A stretch of DNA of 64,000 nt, taken from the sequence record NZ_CP020429.2. One strand, written 5' to 3'. The first letter of the stretch is position 1; every line of letters begins with the position of its first letter. The DNA is from a plasmid. Under the pieces are notes generated by a model. It made no database searches, had not been told where the DNA came from, and was given only the letters and a program-made list of their open reading frames with translations. Both the position numbers and the translations under genes were made by a program. This document shows positions 18,918 to 29,108 of the stretch, one piece after another.

Positions 18918-20720
18918 ATGAAATACTCAAATAACAAACTAGCCCGCTATTCAATTCGAAAATATTCTATTGGTGTAGCATCTGTTCTAATAGGATTTTT
19001 CTTTATGGGAGTATCAGTATCTGCTGATCAAGTGACAGAAGCGAACGCTGTCGCTCCATCAAGTCTTGTAACAGAAAAATCAGATGCTACAGTGGCTTCT
19101 ACAAATACAGAAATTGGAAAATCTACAGAAGTAGTACAAGCTAATACTCCAGAAGTTCCTTTAGGAAGCCCAAATGAAACGAGGGATGAAGTAAAACCTG
19201 ATACAATCAAAAAATCTGAGTTAAGTATTTCCGAGTTAGACACAAGTAATAAAGTCTCAGAAAACAGTACTACACCTATGTTAGAGACAAAGGATGAAAA
19301 AGAGACACTCAAAGTGGTAGCTGAGGATAAACAAGCTGATACAATTGAACAAGTAGATCCTACTAACCCAGAAGGCAAAAAAACAGTTGGGTATGCTGCT
19401 GCGAATATTGATAAGCCAGAGACCTCCATTGTTAATGATGTGACACGGATTCGAGCTACCAAAAAAGATGGTAAGTACATTCATTCAACAAATGTTAATA
19501 ATGTTTCATCTGGAGATGTTGTCTTGTTTTCAGCAGGTGGTGGTTCAATTGCACGTGGTGATGACTACCCTCAAAGATTCAAGAATGGTAGAATTTGGGT
19601 AGATGCAGATGATTGGGGACAATATGTTAGGGAATGTACATCATTTGTAGCTTATCGCCTAAGTACAGTAAATGGATTTACAATTCCTTATGCTTATGGT
19701 GACGCAGGAAAATGGGGATATCGAGCACGTAGTGAAGGTTACAGGGTAGATAATACTCCAGCATTGGGTTCAGTGGCTTGGTATGATAATCAATATCAAC
19801 ATGTTGCATGGGTATCTAATGTCATGGGGGATTACATTGAATTAGAAGAGTATAACTGGCATGATGATCATATTTATCATAGACAGGTAGTTAATAAAAA
19901 TACTGTAACAGGATTTATTCACTTTAAGGATATTAATAGAGTGGTGGACGATTCTTCAAATCACCCATCACCTTCAGTAGACCAAGAAGTTCCAGAAAGT
20001 GGTGTCTATTATTTCAAAGGACGTGCTAGTATAAAATCAGAACCTAAAATGTCAAGCCCAGAACTTGCGTACTATGACGCAGGTCAAAGTGTAAACTATG
20101 ATCGTAAATTGATTGCAGATGGTCATGAGTGGATTTCTTATCTATCTTACGCTGGAAATCGTCGTTATATCCCTATTCGTGAAATTGTAAATGTGACTAG
20201 TAGTCCAACGGGTACTATAAGAATTGTAAATAATGATTCTGAGACAGGAACATTTGATATTATCGTTTCCAATGTTTCAGACGTTAACGGAGTTCAAAAA
20301 GTATCGCTCCCAACATGGTCTGAAATTGATGGACAAGATGATATTATTTGGTACACTGCTACTCGTCAATCTGATGGAACATATCGTCAACATGTAAACG
20401 TAAGTGATCATAAAAATTCAACAGGAGTTTATAATGTTCACTTGTATTATGTTGAAAATAGCGGTAAACTTGTTGGTGTTGGTGGGACTACTGTTAATGT
20501 GCAAAAGAATCAGGATACCTATACTATCCCATCAAGTGGTGTTTATCGTTTCACACAACGAGTCAGTATAAAGTCAGAACCTAGTATGTCAAGCCCTGAA
20601 TTAGCTTATTATGACGCTGGTAATACGGTTAATTATGATAGAGTATTGACTAATGAGGGACACACTTGGATTTCTTATCTCAGTTATAGTGGAAATCGCC
20701 GTTATATTGCTATTAATTAA
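18918..20720 (+). CDS. secreted CHAP-domain peptidoglycan hydrolase with SH3b and Bsp-like repeats
   Basis: YSIRK-type signal (YSIRKYSIGVASVLIG). CHAP Cys/His (ECTSFVAYRL ... QHVAWVS). Two SH3_5-like modules (GVYYFKGRASIKSEPKMSSPELAYYDAG...) and one Bsp-like repeat. No LPXTG. Confidence 0.8.
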   Translation: MKYSNNKLARYSIRKYSIGVASVLIGFFFMGVSVSADQVTEANAVAPSSLVTEKSDATVASTNTEIGKSTEVVQANTPEVPLGSPNETRDEVKPDTIKKSELSISELDTSNKVSENSTTPMLETKDEKETLKVVAEDKQADTIEQVDPTNPEGKKTVGYAAANIDKPETSIVNDVTRIRATKKDGKYIHSTNVNNVSSGDVVLFSAGGGSIARGDDYPQRFKNGRIWVDADDWGQYVRECTSFVAYRLSTVNGFTIPYAYGDAGKWGYRARSEGYRVDNTPALGSVAWYDNQYQHVAWVSNVMGDYIELEEYNWHDDHIYHRQVVNKNTVTGFIHFKDINRVVDDSSNHPSPSVDQEVPESGVYYFKGRASIKSEPKMSSPELAYYDAGQSVNYDRKLIADGHEWISYLSYAGNRRYIPIREIVNVTSSPTGTIRIVNNDSETGTFDIIVSNVSDVNGVQKVSLPTWSEIDGQDDIIWYTATRQSDGTYRQHVNVSDHKNSTGVYNVHLYYVENSGKLVGVGGTTVNVQKNQDTYTIPSSGVYRFTQRVSIKSEPSMSSPELAYYDAGNTVNYDRVLTNEGHTWISYLSYSGNRRYIAIN

Positions 20721-20731
20721 GGAGAATTATT

Positions 20732-21424
20732 ATGAAGCCTACTACAAAACGTTTCACAACTTTAACCGCACTCGCTTTAACTTCCGTTCTATTACTTGGT
20801 GCATGTGGTAATAACAAGAAGGAAGCCACATTAACATCGAGCTCTAGTAAGGTTAGTCAGAAAGTGAAATCGACAAAACCATCCTCAAAAGAAAAAGCGA
20901 AGAAGTCTGAGAAAAAGACAAAATCTTCTAGTTCAGAAGAAGTCTCAAAAGAAACCTCTGGAGAAAAGGCTTCACAACCATCAGCCGGAAATGTTGCTGA
21001 ATCTGCTCAACAAGAAGTTGCCCCAACAAATCCTAATGAAGAAACAGCTGGAGTAAATCAAGGAACTCCTACAGAACAACCAGCTGCTTCAGCGGAACAA
21101 ACACCAGCTACCACAGTAGTTGATGCTACGGCAATGGCTAATGGTGATTTCTCTAGTGTTGCTGGTACCTATCAAAATGACTTAGGAGATACAATTACAG
21201 TATCCCCATCCGGTAGTGTAACTCGTGTTGGCGCTGAAAGTGGTTATAGTGATACAAGTAGTCAGCTCTTTAATGGTTTTGCTCAAGATGGCGGTTATGT
21301 AGCAGGTTTTGCTCATAATGATGGACCAACCAGTGACCCAATTTTCTTTGATAGTAACGGACAGATTCGTTTTGGTTCTGATGCGATATATGGTCGGATG
21401 CATGTTTACAATAAAGTAGATTGA
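20732..21424 (+). CDS. lipoprotein, Ser/Lys/Glu-rich
   Basis: Signal peptide with lipobox LLGAC; low-complexity mature region. Confidence 0.7.
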   Translation: MKPTTKRFTTLTALALTSVLLLGACGNNKKEATLTSSSSKVSQKVKSTKPSSKEKAKKSEKKTKSSSSEEVSKETSGEKASQPSAGNVAESAQQEVAPTNPNEETAGVNQGTPTEQPAASAEQTPATTVVDATAMANGDFSSVAGTYQNDLGDTITVSPSGSVTRVGAESGYSDTSSQLFNGFAQDGGYVAGFAHNDGPTSDPIFFDSNGQIRFGSDAIYGRMHVYNKVD

Positions 21425-21488
21425 TGGTATTGTCCCTCAGTACTTAAGAAAAGGAAATCACAAGTAGTAGAAGGAGCACACTTTAAAA

Positions 21489-21788
21489 ATGTCTCAAAAA
21501 GAACATGGAGAAGTGAGAAGTACTAGTGGCACCTTAAAGGGTACCTATCACTATTTGAATTCTCCCAGTCCTCATTTGTTTCCGTTTGTCTTTATTAGTA
21601 ATGTAACAGATAACTTTCAGATGTTTCGCGTGTGTAAGAATGGTAAGCCAATTGCCTTTCCATTACTTCTACCAAATCAATATAAAATTGTTTACATTAA
21701 GGATTTTCAAAATGTTAGCTCCTGTGATGAGATTACAGTGACTGAACATTTAGAGGAATACATCTATGATGAATCAGACTTAGACTAG
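21489..21788 (+). CDS. hypothetical protein (99 aa)
   Basis: ORF track only. Confidence 0.3.
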   Translation: MSQKEHGEVRSTSGTLKGTYHYLNSPSPHLFPFVFISNVTDNFQMFRVCKNGKPIAFPLLLPNQYKIVYIKDFQNVSSCDEITVTEHLEEYIYDESDLD

Positions 21789-22074
21789 AATGATATCTAT
21801 AGTCAATTTAACTCAGAATAAATTGATTAATCTGTTCAGATTTGCTTAATGTGTCAAGAAATTAGATGTTTGAAAAGTCCTTAGATATATCTAAGGACTT
21901 TTCTTCATTATAATAGGTAATAGTTATCGAAAAAATTATCGATCAATTTTCTACAAAATAAAGTTTAGTAATATTAATGAAATACTTGTAAAATATTTTT
22001 AAAAGAAGTATACTATAGGCGTAAAAACGGTTCCATTATTTTATGAAACAGCCTAGAAAGTGAGAGTGATCAAA

Positions 22075-25000
22075 ATGAGAAAGGCATATGTTTTTAAGGA
22101 ACGTCAACGTTACTCAATTCGTAAATATTCTTTTGGAGCTGCATCAGTCTTGATTGGTGCGAGCTTGATGCTTGGTGGGCATGCTTTGGCTCAGGAACAA
22201 GCCAATAGCACAGGTTCTATCACGGACTATGAAGTTACTGTAAATAATTCTGAAGCACCCCAAATTGACCAAGCAACTTCAGAAGCTGTTACCGAGGTTC
22301 TCAATGAACCAGCTTCAAGATCTGAAGCGCCAAGACCTAAGCTTGCCAGCAGTGAAGTTGCTTCCTCTGAAGCTAGTAGTGTAGTGGTCAGCGAGGCTGC
22401 TTCTTTGGAAGTACCAGCAGAGGTTGCTCAATCTGCATCTGCTGTCGCTTCTGTTGCGAGCTCAGAGGTGGCTAGTCCACGTTATGAAGTGTCATCAGTA
22501 GCTAGCTCTGAAGTAGTTAGTGAGATTAACCGTTCAGCAACTTCAGAAGTAGCAGAAGCTAGAGTTACTGACCGTGAAGCTGTCGATACTAGTCTTCGTA
22601 CTGTCTTAACTAATGCTAGTCAGCCAGGTGTAGATGGTCCTGTGACTGCTGATGGTTCTCTTGATATCCCATCAAACGGTACCTATTATTTCCGTCGCAC
22701 AACTGAAATTCGTACAGCTCCAGTCATGGATATCAAACCTACATTTGTCTTTAGTGCAGGCGACCATGTTATCTATGATAAGGTCTTGAAGAGAGACAAT
22801 CATCAATGGATTTCTTATATTGGTTATGACTATGAACGCTACTACGCTGATATCGCAGCATTGAAGGCTGAAAATACTAGTAGCAACACTGAAGCGACTA
22901 GAGATGAAACCATCCCTGAACGTGGTACTTATTACTTCACTAAACCTGCAGATGTGAAGAACCAACCTAGCTTGACTGCCAAGACTGAGTTCAATTTTGA
23001 TCCAGGCATGTCAGTCAACTACGATAGATCTTTGCTTGCGGACAACCACCGTTGGATTTCTTACACTTCGTACAGTGGTACTCGTCGTTATGTCGACCTA
23101 GGTGCTGTTGCAGAGGCTGTAGCTAAACCAAGAGGCGATATCGCTATTGAAAGTCATGACAATGGTGACTTTAGTGTAGTTATCAGTAATGTTTCAGACC
23201 AAAACGGTGTCCTCGGGGTATCTGTTCCAATCTGGTCTGAAAAGAATGGTCAAGACGACATCATCTGGTACAATGCGACTCGTCTTAACAATGGTAACTA
23301 CAAGGTTAACGTCAGTCTAACTGACCATAAGAATGAACGTGGTCTCTACAATGTTCATCTTTACTATGTTGAAACTAATGGTAAATTAGTTGGTGTTGGT
23401 GGCACAACTTACACAGTTCCTGCCAAGGTCGAAGAAACTCACACAACTACTAGTTATAGCCTTCCTGACTCAGGAACTTATACTTTCAAAGAACGCTCTA
23501 GCATTAAGGCAGAACCTCGTGTAGCAAGTCCAGAGTTGGCTTACTATGATGCTGGCATGTCAGTCAACTACGATAAGCTTGTCAGTGGTGATGGTTATGA
23601 ATGGCTTTCTTACCTCAGCTACAATGGCAACCGCCGTTATGTAGCCGTGGCTAAACTTGCTCAACAAGAAAGCAAACCAAGCGGTACTATCAATATTGAA
23701 AATCTCTCTAACCTTGGTTTTGATGTTCATATCACTAATGTTTCTGGTGGTGACAAGGCTATCCAAGGCGTAAGTGTTCCAGTTTGGACATCCAAAGACG
23801 GCCAAGACGACCTTGTATGGCACCAAGCTAGCAGACAAAGTGATGGTAGCTACAAGGTTCGTATCAATGTTAGTGACCATAAGGCTGAAGCAGGCGAATA
23901 CATTGTCCATCTCTACTATGTTCAAGATGGTAAGATGGTAGGTATAGGAGGCACTAGCACAACTGTTCCAGTTCAAAATGCAACTCGCCACAACCTTCCA
24001 GCTTCAGGTTCATATACCTTTACTGCTCGTACTGGCATTAAGGCAGAACCTCGTGTGGCAAGCCCAGAGTTGGCCTACTACGATGCTGGTATGTCAGTCA
24101 ACTATGACAAGATTGTCAGTGGTGATGGTTATGAATGGCTTTCTTACCTCAGCTACAATGGCAACCGACGTTATGTAGCCGTGGCTAAACTTGCTCAACA
24201 AGAAAGCAAACCAAGCGGTACTATCAATATTGAAAACCTCTCTAACCTCGGTTTTGACGTTCATATCACTAATGTTTCTGGTGGAGACAAGGCTATTCAA
24301 GGCGTAAGTGTTCCAGTTTGGACAGCTAAAGACGGCCAAGACGACCTTGTATGGCACCAAGCTAGCAGACAAAGTGATGGTAGCTACAAGGTTCGTATCA
24401 ATGTTAGTGACCATAAGGCTGAAGCAGGTGAATACATTGTCCATCTCTACTATGTCCAAGATGGTAAAATGGTAGGTATCGGAGGCACTAGTACAACTGT
24501 TCCAGTTCAAAATGCAACTCGCCACAATCTTCCAGCTTCAGGTTCATATACCTTTACCGCTCGTACTGGCATCAAGGCTCAACCTTTGGTAGCCAACCCA
24601 GATGTTAGCTACTACGATGCTGGCATGTCAGTCAACTATGACAAGGTTGTCAATAATGATGGCTATACATGGCTTTCTTATCTCAGCTATTCAGGACATC
24701 GTTTCTATGTGGCTATCGCACCAACGAGTGTGACTAAACCTGTAGAACAACCTGTTCAACCAAGTACACCATCATCTGGTACCTATACTTTCAAAGAACG
24801 CTCTAGCATTAAAGCAGAACCAAGTGTAGCGAGTCCAGAGTTGGCTTACTATGATGCTGGTATGTCCGTTAACTATGACAGATTGGTGACTGCAGATGGT
24901 CACACATGGCTCTCTTATGTTAGCCATGGAGGCAACCGTCGTTACATTGCTATTGATGGTAAGGCAACAGCAGTTGCTCAACCAGCAAGTCCAAGCCTAG

Positions 25001-25191
25001 CTGCGACTGGTACTTATACCTTTACCAAACCTAGCTCTATCAAGGCTCAACCAAGTATTGCTAGTCCAGAGTTAGCCTACTATGATAAAGGCATGTCCGT
25101 TCGCTATGACAAAGTCCTTACAGCTGATGGCCACACCTGGTTGTCTTATGTAACCTATAGCGGTGCAAGACGCTATGTGGACATTGCTTAA
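22075..25191 (+). CDS. large secreted repeat protein with SH3b and Bsp-like repeats
   Basis: YSIRK-type signal; Ser/Ala/Val-rich SEVAS region; at least 7 SH3_5-like and 3 Bsp-like modules; no LPXTG; a 534-bp internal tandem duplication. Confidence 0.8.
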   Translation: MRKAYVFKERQRYSIRKYSFGAASVLIGASLMLGGHALAQEQANSTGSITDYEVTVNNSEAPQIDQATSEAVTEVLNEPASRSEAPRPKLASSEVASSEASSVVVSEAASLEVPAEVAQSASAVASVASSEVASPRYEVSSVASSEVVSEINRSATSEVAEARVTDREAVDTSLRTVLTNASQPGVDGPVTADGSLDIPSNGTYYFRRTTEIRTAPVMDIKPTFVFSAGDHVIYDKVLKRDNHQWISYIGYDYERYYADIAALKAENTSSNTEATRDETIPERGTYYFTKPADVKNQPSLTAKTEFNFDPGMSVNYDRSLLADNHRWISYTSYSGTRRYVDLGAVAEAVAKPRGDIAIESHDNGDFSVVISNVSDQNGVLGVSVPIWSEKNGQDDIIWYNATRLNNGNYKVNVSLTDHKNERGLYNVHLYYVETNGKLVGVGGTTYTVPAKVEETHTTTSYSLPDSGTYTFKERSSIKAEPRVASPELAYYDAGMSVNYDKLVSGDGYEWLSYLSYNGNRRYVAVAKLAQQESKPSGTINIENLSNLGFDVHITNVSGGDKAIQGVSVPVWTSKDGQDDLVWHQASRQSDGSYKVRINVSDHKAEAGEYIVHLYYVQDGKMVGIGGTSTTVPVQNATRHNLPASGSYTFTARTGIKAEPRVASPELAYYDAGMSVNYDKIVSGDGYEWLSYLSYNGNRRYVAVAKLAQQESKPSGTINIENLSNLGFDVHITNVSGGDKAIQGVSVPVWTAKDGQDDLVWHQASRQSDGSYKVRINVSDHKAEAGEYIVHLYYVQDGKMVGIGGTSTTVPVQNATRHNLPASGSYTFTARTGIKAQPLVANPDVSYYDAGMSVNYDKVVNNDGYTWLSYLSYSGHRFYVAIAPTSVTKPVEQPVQPSTPSSGTYTFKERSSIKAEPSVASPELAYYDAGMSVNYDRLVTADGHTWLSYVSHGGNRRYIAIDGKATAVAQPASPSLAATGTYTFTKPSSIKAQPSIASPELAYYDKGMSVRYDKVLTADGHTWLSYVTYSGARRYVDIA
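23461..24528 (+). repeat. two tandem 534-bp units (about 95 percent identical) inside the surface-protein gene
   Basis: Unit 1 is 23461-23994 and unit 2 is 23995-24528; both start CTTCC(T/A)G; a third diverged unit starts at 24529. Confidence 0.9.
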
Positions 25192-25203
25192 GAGTTGTAA
25201 CAT

Positions 25204-25230
25204 CACTCTCTTTTGAGGGTGGTGTTTTTT
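25204..25230 (+). terminator. intrinsic terminator
   Basis: CACTCTCTTTTGAGGGTG hairpin, then TGTTTTTT. Confidence 0.5.
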
Positions 25231-25242
25231 GGTAGAAAAGAG

Positions 25243-25277
25243 CCAAAAAAACAAACATCAAAAGAATGTTTGTCTTT
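25243..25277 (-). terminator. minus-strand intrinsic terminator (repeated hairpin family)
   Basis: Reverse complement AAAGACAAACATTCTTTTGATGTTTGTTTTTTT, downstream of the Fic gene. Confidence 0.55.
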
Positions 25278-25397
25278 ACTTTAGCCCTACATGAGAAAGG
25301 GTGGCCCTGACTAATAAACACCAGCAGGGATATATTACGTATGTTCGTATAGAATTAGTTTAAGAGGTAAGACAGTACTGAAAGGTAGTACAGTAAC

Positions 25398-26009
25398 TCA
25401 TAATTTAATCAGTATTCTGATAAATAATTCTTTTAACTTTTCTAAGTCTTCATGGACTGTCCCGTCCATATAGAGATTATAAACTTCATCGTCTTGTTCC
25501 ACTCGTATCTGTGCAGAGTAACCTTTTGATAGAGCTAAAGCACGAATAACCTCTCGTTGAGTTCGTCCATTACCCTCTCGAAAGGGATGAAAATAATTAA
25601 GATTATCAAGAATTTCTATTAAATGCATAATGATTTCATCTTTGGAGTTGGCAGTTTGATGATAGGAATGAATCAGATGATTCATATGAGTTTCAGCTGT
25701 ATTAAATGACTGTATTGGCATAAAAGGATTACCGCTTTTAGAGATATTTACTTTGCGATATTGTCCAGCCCAAGCGTAAACATCTTGAAATAAATAATTG
25801 TGGATGGCTAGAATATCGCTCATGGAATAGACCTGAATGGGCTCTAAACGCAAGTCTGCAAGCCTTCTAGTAACGAATAAGTGTTCATTTCGGTAAGCTT
25901 CTTCGATATTTGTAATATTTTGTTTATTGACTAAGACTGTAGAATCTGGATAGGTATATTGGTTATTAGGGTCAATGTACTTATATCCTTCATATTGATT
26001 CTTAACCAA
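25398..26009 (-). CDS. Fic/Doc-family protein (AMPylator-type toxin)
   Basis: Canonical Fic motif HPFREGNGRTQRE; 203 aa. Confidence 0.85.
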   Translation of the reverse strand: MVKNQYEGYKYIDPNNQYTYPDSTVLVNKQNITNIEEAYRNEHLFVTRRLADLRLEPIQVYSMSDILAIHNYLFQDVYAWAGQYRKVNISKSGNPFMPIQSFNTAETHMNHLIHSYHQTANSKDEIIMHLIEILDNLNYFHPFREGNGRTQREVIRALALSKGYSAQIRVEQDDEVYNLYMDGTVHEDLEKLKELFIRILIKL

Positions 26010-26190
26010 TGTTCAATTCCTTTCGTCTGTTAGTGACATAAGTTTTTAAATCAATTACATCCTGAACAGTAGGCTCATAATTTTCAATCATTGAAGATCC
26101 GATAGCATACCAAACGGTATCAAAATCTGAATAATTATCAAAAGAAATTCCTAAAATTGTTAATTCTTCTTCATTTACATCAAGAGTCAT
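26002..26190 (-). CDS. small acidic protein coupled to fic (putative antitoxin)
   Basis: 62 aa; 8-nt overlap with the Fic gene start. Confidence 0.45.
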   Translation of the reverse strand: MTLDVNEEELTILGISFDNYSDFDTVWYAIGSSMIENYEPTVQDVIDLKTYVTNRRKELNIG

Positions 26191-26294
26191 GGCATACCTC
26201 CTTGTATATCAATATCATTGTACCATAAACCCTTTATATTTACATGAAAGATGGAGATAGTTATGATTGATTGAACTGTTTATAGGCTATTTTC

Positions 26295-26353
26295 ATCATA
26301 AAAAACACCCTCAAAAATTAATTTTTTCTGTCTAACTTTTGAGGTACAGTTCA
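26295..26353 (-). repeat. insertion-sequence-left-end-like hairpin element, copy 3
   Basis: Reverse complement TGAACTGTACCTCAAAAGTTAGACAGAAAAAATTAATTTTTGAGGGTGTTTTTTATGATG; it diverges right after the ATG. Confidence 0.65.
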
Positions 26354-26851
26354 ATCTGTTTGAGTTTTTACACATAATTATTGATAGCATCAAAACAAGG
26401 CTTGCATAACCTTGGGAATATTTGACAGCACCTTCATTAATTCCAGTCAGTAGTTACATTCTAAAACATTGTACTTGTTTAATTGGAACTGAGAGAAATT
26501 TGGTATCGTAAAAACGCTCACTAATTAAATAGTAGAGTCCTCTTATATACAAGATATGTGCCTTCTTGGATAGTTATCTGAAAGTATGATGATAAAGTGG
26601 TTGGTCATAAATTATTGATGATTCATGTGACAATCAGAAAAATCCATTAGATTCATGACATTATAACTTTACCAATATTATGATAGAAATTTGATAACGG
26701 TATTGAGAAATATTTAATTGAAAATTCTAAAAATAAGGTATTAAAAAAGTAATTATGGTACAATATAAAAGAAAATCGTTTTATCTTTTATATCGAATTT
26801 TTGCTGTTACTCACTAATTTGTGTGTTACTTATAGTATTATAGGAGTAATG

Positions 26852-27529
26852 ATGAATAAGATTTTAGCCATTGATGATGACGAAGAAATTCTAAAACTTA
26901 TAAAGACAGCTTTAGAGATTGAGAATTATCAAGTCACAACTTTACAAGAAATACAAGTACCAATAGTTTTTGATAAATTTAAGGGGTATGATTTAATTCT
27001 ATTAGATATTCTGATGCCTAATATAAATGGAATAGAATTTTGTTATAAAATTCGTGAAGAGGTATGCTCTCCAATTATTTTTGTTAGTGCCTTATCTCAT
27101 GACGATGAAATTATCCAAGCTTTAACCGTAGGAGGAGATGATTTTATTGTTAAACCGTTTAGTTTGAAACAATTTATAGCTAAGGTTAATTCTCATTTGA
27201 AGAGAGAAGAAAGAGCAAGGTTAAAGATTGAAAGAGATAAAAGGAGCTTTCCTCCTCTAGAAATTTATCTAGAGGAACGTATGCTATACATCGATAAGAT
27301 CCCTTTAACTTTAACTTCTAGGGAATATGATATTTTGGAATTATTATCTCGTTATCCCCATAAAGTATTTACAAAAGAAGAGATATATGAACAGGTCTAT
27401 GACGAGGAGGCGTCAGCATTATTTCACTCCATTTCAGAGTATATTTATCAAATTAGAATGAAATTTGCAAGCTTTGGAATTAATCCAATAAAAACAGTAC
27501 GTGGGATTGGTTATAAGTGGGATGTCTAA
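26852..27529 (+). CDS. lanR: OmpR-family response regulator of the lantibiotic locus
   Basis: Receiver domain (ILAIDDDEEI ... LDILMP) plus a winged-helix C-terminus; RBS TAGGAG; streptin-locus-like position. Confidence 0.85.
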   Translation: MNKILAIDDDEEILKLIKTALEIENYQVTTLQEIQVPIVFDKFKGYDLILLDILMPNINGIEFCYKIREEVCSPIIFVSALSHDDEIIQALTVGGDDFIVKPFSLKQFIAKVNSHLKREERARLKIERDKRSFPPLEIYLEERMLYIDKIPLTLTSREYDILELLSRYPHKVFTKEEIYEQVYDEEASALFHSISEYIYQIRMKFASFGINPIKTVRGIGYKWDV

Positions 27530-28865
27530 AAAATATTCAATAAAAAAAAGAGTCTGGTTAGTAGTTTTTGAAGTTTGTGCTGGTTTTTTTATTACAATTC
27601 TAATAATCTATATAATTTCATTTTCTTTCTTAAGGCTAAATATAGTGACGTCCCATAATATTGGAGAGGAATATCATTTTGAAGATAAAAAAACAATAAA
27701 ACAACTGACAAACTATGCGGAATCTTTGGGACTAGATTATGTTATTTTAGATAATAAGGTAAATAAAATCATTAAGGGGAAATACATACCTAAAGAATTT
27801 TCTTTATTCAGAAAAGTTGTAGAAGAAAAAGATAACTTAATTTTGGACACAGTGCATTATGACTTCTATAACAATGTTGATTATAGTATTGTTATTAGAT
27901 ATAATGAGATGCCAGAATTTTCTAATCCTAAGTTTAGGGATGTTCCATATAATATGTTGACTTTTTATTTTCTAGGGTTAGGAATAATAACTAGTATTGT
28001 GGTTGCTTCAACAAGGTTTGTGAAAGAAATTTCTTCGAATTTTAAAGAAATAAAGAAAATAGCAAATAAAATGGGGATAGAAAGATTATCTAAACAAGAA
28101 AACTTTTCTAAAATAACGGAATTTGATGATATCCTGGCAACCCTATATACAAAGGGAGATGGTTTGAAAAATTTGATTGATCGAGAAAAATTAGAGAAAC
28201 AAGATTTATCATTTCAAATATCTGCTCTCTCTCATGATATAAAGACACCTTTAACTGTTTTAAAAGGGAACCTTGAGTTATTAGAATTAACGTCCTTAAC
28301 AACTAGTCAACAAAGTTATGTTCTTTCAATGGATAATAGTATTTCTGTTTTTGAGAGCTATTTCGACTCATTGATTTCCTATACTCGGATGCTTTCAGAA
28401 GATAGAGGAGCAAAGTTGATAGTTGTTGAAGAACTGCTAAGTGAGTTACATTTTGAGGTTGATGATCTTTTGAATATAAACGATGTTGAATTTTCTATTG
28501 GGAATCACCTTGTAAGCAGTTCTTTTTATGGAGAAGAAGAAAATTTGATACGGGCAATATCTAATCTTCTAGTTAATGCAATTAGATTTACACCCTCTTC
28601 AAATAAGAAAATAGAGGTCATATTATCTGAATCGGAAACTCTCATTTATTTTGAAGTATGGAACAATGGTCCCCAGTTTAATGATTGTACTTTGAAAAAT
28701 GGCACTAAATTGTTTTACACAGAAGATAATAGTAGAGGAAATAAGCATTACGGAATTGGATTAGCTTTTGTTAATGGTGTTGCTATTAAGCATGGAGGGC
28801 ACCTTCAGTTGGTAAACCCAGCAAGAGGGGGAGCAAGTGCAATTTTATCCATTAAGAAGAAATAG
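27522..28865 (+). CDS. lanK: sensor histidine kinase of the lantibiotic locus
   Basis: ATG overlaps the lanR stop (ATGTCTAA); two N-terminal TM segments, H-box SALSHDIKTPLT, HATPase region. Confidence 0.85.
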   Translation: MSKKYSIKKRVWLVVFEVCAGFFITILIIYIISFSFLRLNIVTSHNIGEEYHFEDKKTIKQLTNYAESLGLDYVILDNKVNKIIKGKYIPKEFSLFRKVVEEKDNLILDTVHYDFYNNVDYSIVIRYNEMPEFSNPKFRDVPYNMLTFYFLGLGIITSIVVASTRFVKEISSNFKEIKKIANKMGIERLSKQENFSKITEFDDILATLYTKGDGLKNLIDREKLEKQDLSFQISALSHDIKTPLTVLKGNLELLELTSLTTSQQSYVLSMDNSISVFESYFDSLISYTRMLSEDRGAKLIVVEELLSELHFEVDDLLNINDVEFSIGNHLVSSSFYGEEENLIRAISNLLVNAIRFTPSSNKKIEVILSESETLIYFEVWNNGPQFNDCTLKNGTKLFYTEDNSRGNKHYGIGLAFVNGVAIKHGGHLQLVNPARGGASAILSIKKK

Positions 28866-28876
28866 ATATAATTTAA

Positions 28877-28925
28877 AGCATTTGGACAGAAATTGTAAGA
28901 AATTTTCTGTCCAAATGCTTTTTTT
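28877..28925 (+). terminator. intrinsic terminator after lanK
   Basis: Perfect 15-bp stem GCATTTGGACAGAAA/TTTCTGTCCAAATGC, then T8. Confidence 0.8.
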
Positions 28926-28941
28926 CTGAACAGATTCTGAA
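28924..28941 (+). promoter_or_regulatory. direct repeat TCTGAAC-N4-TCTGAAC upstream of lanA (candidate LanR box)
   Basis: Two 7-bp repeats 11 bp apart, about 60 nt before the lanA ATG. Confidence 0.45.
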
Positions 28942-29003
28942 CTTAAGATGAAATAATAACATCGTAAATATATCGGACATATAAATAAGAGAGGAAATAT
29001 AAG

Positions 29004-29108
29004 ATGAAAAATACAATCAAAGATTTCGACCTAGATTTAAAGACAACTAAAAATAACTCTGATGAATCACTTGGTCATGCAGAAAACTGTAAAGCTAACA
29101 TTAGCTGA
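29004..29108 (+). pseudogene. lanA: class I lantibiotic precursor with streptin-like leader; core region lost
   Basis: RBS GAGAGGA. Translation MKNTIKDFDLDLKTTKNNSDESLGHAENCKANIS. The leader resembles the streptin leader recalled from memory (MNNTIKDFDLDLKTNKKDTATPY). The C-terminal 12 codons are out-of-frame lanT sequence. Confidence 0.6.

Noticed and set aside
19028-19484. Minus-strand ORFs inside the CHAP protein gene; likewise 42783-43290 and 43856-44295 inside the hydrolase gene
   Set aside because: They are antisense or low-complexity frames within well-supported plus-strand genes. The serine/acidic repeats create long spurious frames.
23560-24525. Two near-identical 143-aa minus-strand ORFs (23560-23991 and 24094-24525)
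   Set aside because: They are antisense to the surface-protein gene and simply mirror its 534-bp tandem duplication. They have no RBS and no independent support.
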